A stretch of DNA of 57,431 nt. Source: a bacterium. Lineage in GTDB: Bacteria; Patescibacteriota; Minisyncoccia; Phycocordibacterales; SBAW01. Location of the stretch: positions 1 through 57,431 of the forward strand of contig JBAXFJ010000004.1 in the NCBI GenBank assembly GCA_037139975.1, in the 5' to 3' direction. A program made the translations under genes and the position numbers. Under the pieces are notes generated by a model, which ran no database searches, was not told where the DNA came from, and saw nothing but the letters and a program-made list of their open reading frames with translations. This document shows positions 1-6,981 of the stretch, piece by piece; within the stretch, counting starts at the first letter, position 1, and each line of letters begins with the position of its first letter.

Positions 1-117
1 AATTTCTGAGCGACGGCGAAGAAATATTTGTGACCAGCACCCATCAGCCGCGCAAAAACAACAAAGGTTTTTGGTGGTACACTAATGTTGTTATTATTCG
101 TGCGTTAAGAAATAAAA

Positions 118-831
118 ATGAGTATGAATCGTGTTACAAAAAGTGTGCTGGGTGCGGCAGTTGGTTTCTCGATGCTTGTCCCGGTGGCGGCGTTTGCCTC
201 GGGCCTCACCAGTAGTCAAGTGAATGCTATAGTCTCGCTCTTGCAATCGTTTAACGCGAGCACAGACGTGGTCAGTAACGTGCAAGCGGTCCTCAATGGG
301 CAGGCGCCTGCGCACAATCAAAAAGATGGGAGCGGGGAAGGTGTGGGTTCAACAACAACTATGCGCATGATGCCAGCAGGGCAGATAGGCCTGCCAATGG
401 GCCAGGCAGGCAAGATGGCATGCATCGCGCTCACGCGCAACCTCGGGCTTGGTGCAAAGGGTGACGATGTGAAGCAGCTGCAAGAGATGCTCGCAGAGGA
501 TCCTGAAAATGGTTTCGCCGCCTCATCAACCGGCACCTTTGGACCGATGACGATGCGCGCGATGAAGCGCTTCCAAGAAAAGAATGACGTTGCTTCGACC
601 ACCACGGGTCTCGTTGGTCCTGCAACGCGCGACTTCTTTGAGCGCCGTTGTGGCAAAGGATTGGACGGCCAACAAGGCAAGCCAGAAGGTCAGGATCGGC
701 CAATATTGCGCCCAATGGGCAGCTCAACCATGCCGATGATGGGCCGACCGGGCGAGGCGGGAGACAACGAGCACCCTATGATGCCGCCACCACACCCAAC
801 AGCAGGGGCCGGGTCAACAACCCATCAATAA
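118..831 (+). CDS. Secreted peptidoglycan-binding domain protein
   Basis: Signal peptide (..PVAAFA); PG_binding_1-like motif LGLGAKGDDVKQLQEML..TGTFGPMTMRAMKRFQ..TGLVGPATR. Confidence 0.75.
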   Translation: MSMNRVTKSVLGAAVGFSMLVPVAAFASGLTSSQVNAIVSLLQSFNASTDVVSNVQAVLNGQAPAHNQKDGSGEGVGSTTTMRMMPAGQIGLPMGQAGKMACIALTRNLGLGAKGDDVKQLQEMLAEDPENGFAASSTGTFGPMTMRAMKRFQEKNDVASTTTGLVGPATRDFFERRCGKGLDGQQGKPEGQDRPILRPMGSSTMPMMGRPGEAGDNEHPMMPPPHPTAGAGSTTHQ

Positions 832-866
832 TCCCAAGCAAAAGTGCCTCATGTGTGCGAGGGTGT

Positions 867-897
867 CAAAAAAGCCTTGTTTTTCAAGGCTTTTTTG
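867..897. terminator. Bidirectional intrinsic terminator
   Basis: caaaaaagccttg-ttttt-caaggcttttttg perfect inverted repeat with A/T tails after the CDS. Confidence 0.75.
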
Positions 898-916
898 ATC
901 CGCCAGCTGGCGGATC
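897..916. repeat. Short perfect palindrome GATCCGCCAGCTGGCGGATC (core recurs in pheT)
   Basis: 20-bp palindrome; the 16-bp core TCCGCCAGCTGGCGGA is also at 42287-42302. Confidence 0.75.
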
Positions 917-938
917 GGGTTTGAACATTGCTAAGCAC

Positions 939-967
939 TTGACAAAACCTGTCTATGTGTGTATAGT
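939..967 (+). promoter_or_regulatory. Near-consensus sigma70 promoter
   Basis: TTGACA-N17-TATAGT, with TG upstream of the -10. Confidence 0.8.
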
Positions 968-1148
968 ATACTCATGATTCGCTCGTAGAGGAGAGAGTCA
1001 TTCTAAGCGTTCTTTGACAAAATATCCTATATCAATTTTAAAAGAAATTGATCGGATACATAGATGTTGGTGGATTTAGAAGGGTCGCAATGTCGCGGTC
1101 CGAATTAGGCGGCCCAATGTCGGGTTGCTAAGTTTTAGGGGACGTTCT

Positions 1149-1295
1149 ATGAGTGCAGCCTACACGCAGTTTCGCCGCATCCTCTCCACGTGTGGAGAGG
1201 ATGCGGCGCGGGCATTCGTGCGCACCGTTGGGTGCGCGGCAGTGTTCGAGGCTTGGGTCGCCGAGATCCAGGCCCGGTCCGTGACCGTAAACTGA
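1149..1295 (+). CDS. Putative 48-aa small protein (MSAAYTQFRRILSTCGEDAARAFVRTVGCAAVFEAWVAEIQARSVTVN)
   Basis: ATG preceded by GGGGA; open frame inside the promoter-terminator unit; below the ORF-track length cutoff. Confidence 0.4.
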   Translation: MSAAYTQFRRILSTCGEDAARAFVRTVGCAAVFEAWVAEIQARSVTVN

Positions 1296-1346
1296 GCATG
1301 AGGGAGAGCGGAAAGTTTTCGGTTGCAGAACCATAAAATCTGCCGC

Positions 1347-1380
1347 GTGAGGGGCAACGCGTTATGTTGCCTCACCTTTT
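1347..1380 (+). terminator. Terminator-like hairpin
   Basis: gtgagg-ggcaac..gttgcc-tcac followed by a short T run. Confidence 0.5.
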
Positions 1381-1439
1381 GAGCGCAGGATTTTTACAAA
1401 TCGTGAATTCAAAAGGGATACAGAAAAAGAGAATAAAAA

Positions 1440-1697
1440 CTATTTGTATATATCGTGCGTGCCGATGGCAAGGAAAACCACAGCACCATCTTTTTCGCGA
1501 GAGAAGACAACGCGGTGTTCGTGCGTGATAGAAAAGCTATAGAAGGATTGCAACTTTCCTTTTAATTTATGTACGCGCAGTTGGTGATGATTTTGTTCTT
1601 GCCTAAAGAGCTCTATTTTGGCGCGTGCTTCGGCCCGCACCTCGGCAGATAGATTTTTAAAATCACGTACAAACGATGGTTTATAGAAAATTTCCAT
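1440..1697 (-). CDS. RelE/ParE-superfamily toxin (YafQ/RelE-like mRNA interferase)
   Basis: 85 aa; IFYKPSFVRDFK..HKLKG..YSFSI..RVVF..IGTHD pattern; downstream of an RHH gene. Confidence 0.85.
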   Translation of the reverse strand: MEIFYKPSFVRDFKNLSAEVRAEARAKIELFRQEQNHHQLRVHKLKGKLQSFYSFSITHEHRVVFSREKDGAVVFLAIGTHDIYK

Positions 1698-1717
1698 AGC
1701 GATAATGCTTGTGTGGG

Positions 1718-1924
1718 CTAGTCGATACTCGCGACTAGTTCGTCCAAATTTCCTGCCAAAGATGGTTCAGATGCCGCAAACAATATTTTACGAACAGCGC
1801 ACTCTTCTGCATAAAATTTGAGCGCTTGGCGCATAATGTCTGCTTTGGTAGAGCCAGATTCTTGTACCGCCTTGTCGAGCGTTTGTGCGAGTTCGGTGCT
1901 GAGTGGGACAGAGATAGTAGACAT
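1718..1924 (-). CDS. Ribbon-helix-helix (CopG-like) antitoxin
   Basis: 68 aa; TISVPLS..LD....G.TKADIMRQAL; acidic C-terminus; directly upstream of the toxin. Confidence 0.8.
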   Translation of the reverse strand: MSTISVPLSTELAQTLDKAVQESGSTKADIMRQALKFYAEECAVRKILFAASEPSLAGNLDELVASID

Positions 1925-2043
1925 ATTAGATATAGTAAGGTTAATTTGTATGAGACTATCATATGATATTTTAGTATATTTTGCAAGTTTTTCTACACAG
2001 GCCGCTTCTGTTGCATAGCTAAACGCATGCTACTATTGGGCGT

Positions 2044-3093
2044 ATGACAAACCAATTTCACACTTTTTTTACTCATGCGGCGCAGGTATTCTCGATGGGC
2101 TCGGTCGCGATGCCCGCAGCGGTGGGCAACGCGGTCCGCTACGGTGCGCATGTGCCGCACAGCCACCACTTCTCCAGCCTCTTTTTTATGCTACTCGGGG
2201 TGGTAGTTATTGTCCTCTCGCTCGCACTCTTGATTATTGTTTCAAAGTGGCGAATATTTGAAAAAGCAAAACAACCCGGCTGGGCCACTCTGGTGCCTGT
2301 GTATGGCAGCGTTAAATTGCTCGAAATTACCTCACGTCCGTTATGGTGGGTCGTGCTTTTGTTTATTCCGCTGGTCAACCTTGTCGTCGGCATCACTCTG
2401 GTGTATCGCCTTGCGCGCAACTTTGGCAAGAATGGGTGGTTTGCTCTCGGGCTCGTCTGTCTCCCATTCATCTTTTACCCCATGCTTGCTTTTGGTAAGG
2501 CTGAGTATAAAAACACCTTCCCCAAGCCCAGCCCTATGAGTGAGGCCGTCAAATGGACGTTGATTGGGTTGCTCGCGTGGGCGATAGTGTTTGGAATGAT
2601 GTTGGCCATGGGCGCTGGCTCTGGGCGCCCCGTGCGGCTCCAGGTGCTCTCTGATGCATACGCAACCGACGGAACATATGTATATATGTATGACCACCCT
2701 ATTTTTGATGCCGACCCTGCAACCTTCGAGATACTCGGCAGTGACGGGGGTGATTACGCCAAAGATTGGGGTCATGTCTATTATGACGGCACTGTGCTCA
2801 CCAGCGTGCAGTACCCTGAGTCGTTCCGCCTGCTTGATTCGATATACGCGCGAGACGATACGCAGGTATATCATGACGGCGAGGTGGTGTCCTGTGATGC
2901 AAACTCATTCCGAGTCCTCTCGCCTGAGAGTGGGTATGCAGAGGATGCTGGCTCTGTGTATTACGAGGGCGCTCCTGTGGTGGGTGCCGACCGCGCTACT
3001 TTTGTAGTAAAGAATGGCGATTTGAGCCCGTATGTCTCCTATGATGCAAAAGATGCAAAGCATTACTACGAGGGCGGGGAGCTTGTGAAATAA
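2044..3093 (+). CDS. Membrane protein: DUF5684-like TM domain plus DKNYY-like repeat domain
   Basis: WRIFEKAKQPGWATLVPVY..LARNFGK; repeated YAKD/YARD/YAED..VYY.G and ADPATF motifs. Confidence 0.7.
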   Translation: MTNQFHTFFTHAAQVFSMGSVAMPAAVGNAVRYGAHVPHSHHFSSLFFMLLGVVVIVLSLALLIIVSKWRIFEKAKQPGWATLVPVYGSVKLLEITSRPLWWVVLLFIPLVNLVVGITLVYRLARNFGKNGWFALGLVCLPFIFYPMLAFGKAEYKNTFPKPSPMSEAVKWTLIGLLAWAIVFGMMLAMGAGSGRPVRLQVLSDAYATDGTYVYMYDHPIFDADPATFEILGSDGGDYAKDWGHVYYDGTVLTSVQYPESFRLLDSIYARDDTQVYHDGEVVSCDANSFRVLSPESGYAEDAGSVYYEGAPVVGADRATFVVKNGDLSPYVSYDAKDAKHYYEGGELVK

Positions 3094-3099
3094 AATAAG

Positions 3100-3128
3100 T
3101 TGAAAAGCAGTCAAAAATAGGCTACTGT
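3100..3128 (+). promoter_or_regulatory. Possible promoter for the tRNA pair
   Basis: TTGAAA-N17-TACTGT. Confidence 0.4.
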
Positions 3129-3173
3129 TGGAGGCGTGCGCGTTGCTCTCTGTTTCGTTAGGGCGAGCATAAC

Positions 3174-3246
3174 GCCGTTGTAGCTCAGCTGGTAGAGCAG
3201 CTCCATGGTAAGGAGCAGGTCGTCGGTTCAATCCCGACCAACGGCT
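3174..3246 (+). tRNA. tRNA-Thr(GGT)
   Basis: Acceptor stem gccgttg/caacggc, D-arm tagctcag..ggtagagc, anticodon loop atGGTaa, T-loop ttcaatc. Confidence 0.95.
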
Positions 3247-3286
3247 CACGGTTCCAAGAAGAACCCGAGTGTCTGTGCGTGTGCGC

Positions 3287-3359
3287 GCCGAGGTAGCTCA
3301 GTTGGTAGAGCGAGGGTATCGTAAACCCTAGGTCGCCGGTCCGATCCCGGCCCTCGGCT
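3287..3359 (+). tRNA. tRNA-Thr(CGT), integration target
   Basis: Acceptor stem gccgagg/cctcggc, anticodon stem agggt/accct with loop atCGTaa; T-loop tccgatc (non-canonical C at 55). Confidence 0.9.
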
Positions 3360-4848
3360 CAAGTTTCAAACTCAAAGGGGTGTCGCCGCCGGAAATGCGC
3401 GCGGCGCGAAGCGCCGCGTAGGGGGGAATGGGGTTTCCGCGCGCTTCGCGCGCGTGGATTGAGAGGTTCAATCCGAAAACTTTTTGGAGGGGGGATTTTT
3501 TGGAGGGGAGGTCGCTCGATTTCGCTATTTCATCAAGGCGCGAAGCGCCCAAAATCCAATTTCGGACAGGTTCAACCCACGCGGCAGGGGCTTGTTCCAA
3601 ACGCACGATTTGTTCCTCAATCGTGCGGCGTTCGCTGACAAGCGAGCGGCGGCGGGACAAATATTCTTCGCGCTCCAGGTCTTCGGCCACGTATAAATCC
3701 GTCAGGCGCACGTTAGTACGCGAAATCTCTTCAATCTTGGCCTGTAGACCGTGCACGGCCTCTGCTGCTGTTTTGGACGCGTCAGCGGCCTCAGCGTCGA
3801 GCAGTTTAGTGAGCGGCGCTGTCCACTCCTGTGGCATGGCGTACTCGCCAAGAAGCGACGAAAGCTGCGAGTTCAATAACTCGCTGCGCACTGGCACTTC
3901 TGTGCATTTCACAGATTTATTTTTGCGCGTACAGCGGTAATAGGTGTAATGGTGAACATTGCCGTTCAACTGATGCTTCTCTCTAACTTCGGCCGTGATT
4001 GCCATGTTGCACGAACCGCATCGCAGGAGGCCGCAATACGGCGCGGGGTCGGTTTTGATTGCGAGCCTTCGGCCACGTCCGTGCAAAACCACGCTTACTT
4101 TGTCAAAAAGCGATTTTGAAATGAGCGGCGTATGCGTCCCTTCATATAGTTCGTTCGCGTAGCGGAAGTGACCGTAGTAAAACGGATTTTGCAAAATAAA
4201 TGAGATGCGCGAAATGTGGACGCGGCGATTGCCTTTAGACATCACGCCCGCGTTTTCTAGCCACGTCGCCAGCGCATCAAGCGTCGTCGTTCTGCTCGCG
4301 TACTTTTCAAACATCTCGCGCACGAGAGAGGCATTTTTATTGTGGACGTGAATGGTCTTGGTGCGCGGGTCGTTGAGGTAGCCGATAGGGGCGAGGCCGG
4401 GATAAATACCTTGCCGCGCTTTCTGCCGAAGGCCGCGAGAAGTATTCGCGCTCAACTGGCGTATATACTCATTCGCCATACCGAGTTCGACTGACATCAT
4501 CAACACATTGTCGTTCGGATAGTGCGAGCGGTCGTGCGTTTGGATATGACGAATGACGCCCTGTTGCAAAAGCCACTGCACTTGTCCGCCATCGACTGGA
4601 TTGCGCGCGAGGCGATCAATCTCCCAGCAAATGATGCCTTGTGCCTCGCCGCGCCCAATGCGCGACATCATGTCGTTGAATATCGCGCGACCCGGAATCT
4701 TTGCGGATTTCTTTTCGACAAACTCCTCCACAATTTCCAAATTGTCGCGCCTCGCAAGCGCGCGAAGTTCGGTAAGCTGCGCTTCGATAGACAAAATCTG
4801 TTTGTCCTCAACATCGGTAGATTTTCTAGCGTAAAGAAAATACTTCAT
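3328..4848 (-). CDS. Large serine recombinase (resolvase + recombinase + Zn-ribbon + coiled coil)
   Basis: YARKS catalytic motif, DRLAR, PIGY, CGSC..YYRC zinc ribbon; the last codons run antisense through tRNA-Thr(CGT). Confidence 0.95.
   Translation of the reverse strand: MKYFLYARKSTDVEDKQILSIEAQLTELRALARRDNLEIVEEFVEKKSAKIPGRAIFNDMMSRIGRGEAQGIICWEIDRLARNPVDGGQVQWLLQQGVIRHIQTHDRSHYPNDNVLMMSVELGMANEYIRQLSANTSRGLRQKARQGIYPGLAPIGYLNDPRTKTIHVHNKNASLVREMFEKYASRTTTLDALATWLENAGVMSKGNRRVHISRISFILQNPFYYGHFRYANELYEGTHTPLISKSLFDKVSVVLHGRGRRLAIKTDPAPYCGLLRCGSCNMAITAEVREKHQLNGNVHHYTYYRCTRKNKSVKCTEVPVRSELLNSQLSSLLGEYAMPQEWTAPLTKLLDAEAADASKTAAEAVHGLQAKIEEISRTNVRLTDLYVAEDLEREEYLSRRRSLVSERRTIEEQIVRLEQAPAAWVEPVRNWILGASRLDEIAKSSDLPSKKSPLQKVFGLNLSIHAREARGNPIPPYAALRAARISGGDTPLSLKLEPRAGIGPAT
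3358..3509. repeat. Inverted repeat arm A (recombinase 3' coding end); partner 4998-5151
   Basis: Aligns to the reverse complement of 4998-5151 with a long identical core and several substitutions/indels. Confidence 0.9.
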
Positions 4849-4875
4849 ATCTCAAATATCATACCGCATTTCGGG

Positions 4876-4958
4876 GGGAGCCATCCCCGTCGTTTTACAA
4901 TGTTCCTCAAAACGGCGAGGGATGGACTACTCGTGCGCGCATGGGCGGGTGGGGCAAA
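4876..4958. repeat. Direct repeat R1 with hairpin, upstream of the recombinase; partner 6538-6613
   Basis: gggagccatccccg.cgtttta..aaaacggcg.ggatg..gtgcgc..ggggcaaa shared by both copies. Confidence 0.8.
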
Positions 4959-4997
4959 GCACTCCACTATGTATTTATGGATTCCTGCATTTGCATT

Positions 4998-5209
4998 TCC
5001 CCTCCAAAACCCCCTCCAAAAAGTTTTCGGATTTTGTATTTTCTGAACCTCCTCCACGCGCGAAGCGCGCGGAAACCCCATTCCCCCCTACGCGGCGCTT
5101 CGCGCCGCGCGTATTTCCGGCGGCGAAACCCCTCTTGCTTTGAAACTGGAGTCTCTATTGTACTCCGCTAGAACCTACTTTAGCAAAAATCTCGATTGAC
5201 TCGCACGCG
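4998..5209 (+). pseudogene. Remnant 3' end of a paralogous serine recombinase (arm B) containing an intact attP-like junction
   Basis: Translates EARGNPIPPYAALRAARISGGETPLALKLESLLYSARTYFSKNLD*; indels upstream; no N-terminal part. Confidence 0.75.
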
Positions 5210-5394
5210 CCGAGCGCGTGGTGGCTTTGACCTAAATCGTACGCTCCGATTGGGTGGTGGTGCAAGGAATCCCGCCCACCGCGCGGAGTACCGCGCGTCC
5301 CGCCCTCTCGCCTTGCCGCTCCTCTCCATGCTGATTTTTTGCGGGGGGGGGATTTGAAAAAAGGAATGGGCGGCAAAGGCGAGGGGCGGCTTCC
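5145..5394. repeat. 250-bp inverted repeat, left copy (arm D)
   Basis: No mismatch found by eye against the reverse complement of 6706-6955; the ORF track gives the same peptide on opposite strands. Confidence 0.95.
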
Positions 5395-5476
5395 ACTGTT
5401 CACATCTATAAATTGCATGAAGAACGTGGTATTATGTGCATAAGTTTTATTAACAATTGTCCCCACCTTTTTACTT

Positions 5477-6499
5477 ATGCAAAATCAACGAGGATTCGTC
5501 GGTGTCGGTATTTTGATAGCCATAGTGCTCGGTTTGATTGTCCTCGGAGGTGGGGCATATTACGTCATACACCAGCAATCGTCCTCGTCAGCTCTCTCGG
5601 ATAATACTTTGGACAATTCGCAAACTTTGCCGACAAAAAATAATCAGGCGCAAACTACGGCAAATACGCCAACCTCAAAACCATCTGTTACGCTTACTCT
5701 ACCAAAAAGCGGTACGCAGGTTCCTTATGGCGGCAATTTGCAGATTAGTTGGCATACAGCCAATGTTCCGACGAACGCAAAGGTGCTGTTCTACTTGAAC
5801 GAGCCAGCGGATTTCAAGGATGTCGGTCCGATTGATCCGGTTGGGTCAGCAAATGCCGCTGATGGTAGTTATACGTGGCATGTTGATTTGACTGATTGCA
5901 CGGGTTCTGGCTGTAGCACCATCGAGTCTGGAAAATCCTATACATTAACGATAAAAGTAGGAACGCCTCAAGATACAACCAACTGTAACACACATTGCGG
6001 AAATTGGTTTGATTCAATCGCAGAAGCTACAAGTAATTCTTTCATAATTACCAATGGCGCGTCTGCGTCTGCGAATTGGCAAACGTATAGAAGTACAAAT
6101 GGATTCGAAATACAATATCCGCCGAACTGGATTGAACAAGAACATGGTGACGGCCATTCGTCTTTCGGTTTTGTCGCCGCCTTTGGTCAAAAACCTTTCG
6201 GTCCAGATGGATATGACGGCGAACTTTTTGTCGTTGGAAATGATTTTACGAGCACCGAACAATTCATCGCGCAAATGGGCAAGCAATTTGGCGACAGACA
6301 AGAAAAAAGAGAAAGTATTAGTGTAAATGGTCTGTCTGCGCTCAAAGTTACTGTTACTACCCCTTCTATACCGAGTTGGATTTTCAAAGCCGTTATAATC
6401 AAGCGACTTGATCGACCCGATGAGATTTACTTCATTCATAATGGTGCGATTCAGAGCAATGACTTCGAAAAATTCTACGGAAGTTTCAAGCTTATTTAG
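5477..6499 (+). CDS. Membrane-anchored surface protein with a pilin-like N-terminus
   Basis: MQNQRGF + hydrophobic helix, S/T/Q linker, Ig-like beta domain with Cys pairs, PsbP-like WQTY..GFEIQYP.NW C-terminal domain; visibly more AT-rich than the flanks. Confidence 0.75.
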   Translation: MQNQRGFVGVGILIAIVLGLIVLGGGAYYVIHQQSSSSALSDNTLDNSQTLPTKNNQAQTTANTPTSKPSVTLTLPKSGTQVPYGGNLQISWHTANVPTNAKVLFYLNEPADFKDVGPIDPVGSANAADGSYTWHVDLTDCTGSGCSTIESGKSYTLTIKVGTPQDTTNCNTHCGNWFDSIAEATSNSFIITNGASASANWQTYRSTNGFEIQYPPNWIEQEHGDGHSSFGFVAAFGQKPFGPDGYDGELFVVGNDFTSTEQFIAQMGKQFGDRQEKRESISVNGLSALKVTVTTPSIPSWIFKAVIIKRLDRPDEIYFIHNGAIQSNDFEKFYGSFKLI

Positions 6500-6537
6500 C
6501 TTGTGCGCGCTTCGCGCACGCTTGAATGTTTCCACTA

Positions 6538-6613
6538 GGGAGCCATCCCCGCCGTTTTATAATTTTTCCTAAAACGGCGGGGATGATGTGTGCGCACGGG
6601 TGGGAGGGGCAAA
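6538..6613. repeat. Direct repeat R1' with a perfect 16-bp hairpin
   Basis: catccccgccgtttta (6544-6559) pairs with taaaacggcggggatg (6570-6585). Confidence 0.8.
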
Positions 6614-6705
6614 CACATATAGATTTTGCGCCTCGCCATTCCTTAAAGAATTTTGCATGGCGAGGCACCGCTTGTATTTGAATCACACCCTTCCTTTTCC
6701 TAAAA

Positions 6706-6955
6706 GGAAGCCGCCCCTCGCCTTTGCCGCCCATTCCTTTTTTCAAATCCCCCCCCCGCAAAAAATCAGCATGGAGAGGAGCGGCAAGGCGAGAGGGCGG
6801 GACGCGCGGTACTCCGCGCGGTGGGCGGGATTCCTTGCACCACCACCCAATCGGAGCGTACGATTTAGGTCAAAGCCACCACGCGCTCGGCGCGTGCGAG
6901 TCAATCGAGATTTTTGCTAAAGTAGGTTCTAGCGGAGTACAATAGAGACTCCAGT
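6706..6955. repeat. 250-bp inverted repeat, right copy (arm C), ending at attR
   Basis: Reverse complement of 5145-5394. Confidence 0.95.
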
Positions 6956-6981
6956 ATTGTGCAAGGGTGGCTATTTAGAAT

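Larger units (their letters stand above)
974..1395 (+). ncRNA. Putative structured RNA / long structured mRNA leader
   Basis: Lies between the promoter and a terminator-like hairpin; contains several hairpins, a boxA-like GTTCTTTGACAA (1009-1020) and two tandem hairpins with identical AATGTC loops. Confidence 0.4.
3361..6951. mobile_element. Small integrative element at the tRNA-Thr(CGT) 3' end
   Basis: Left junction ggCTC|aagtttc, right junction gaCTC|cagtatt. Joining the outer flanks restores tRNA ...ggc-T-CCA; joining the inner ends restores an in-frame recombinase C-terminus. Confidence 0.8.

Noticed and set aside
3358-5151. Arms A and B as a diversity-generating retroelement VR/TR pair
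   Set aside because: Differences include indels and non-adenine changes, and there is no reverse transcriptase in the window.
6481-6490. aagtttcaag as another att half-site matching 3361-3369
   Set aside because: Only 9 nt match, inside the cargo CDS, without the CTC core; probably chance.
5155-6945. Twin ORFs 5155-5466(-) and 6724-6945(+) encoding an identical peptide
   Set aside because: By-product of the inverted repeat; low-complexity translation with no credible start signals.
5145-6955. 250-bp inverted repeats as IS or transposon termini
   Set aside because: No transposase lies between them and no target duplication is visible; the ends coincide with the recombinase att core instead.
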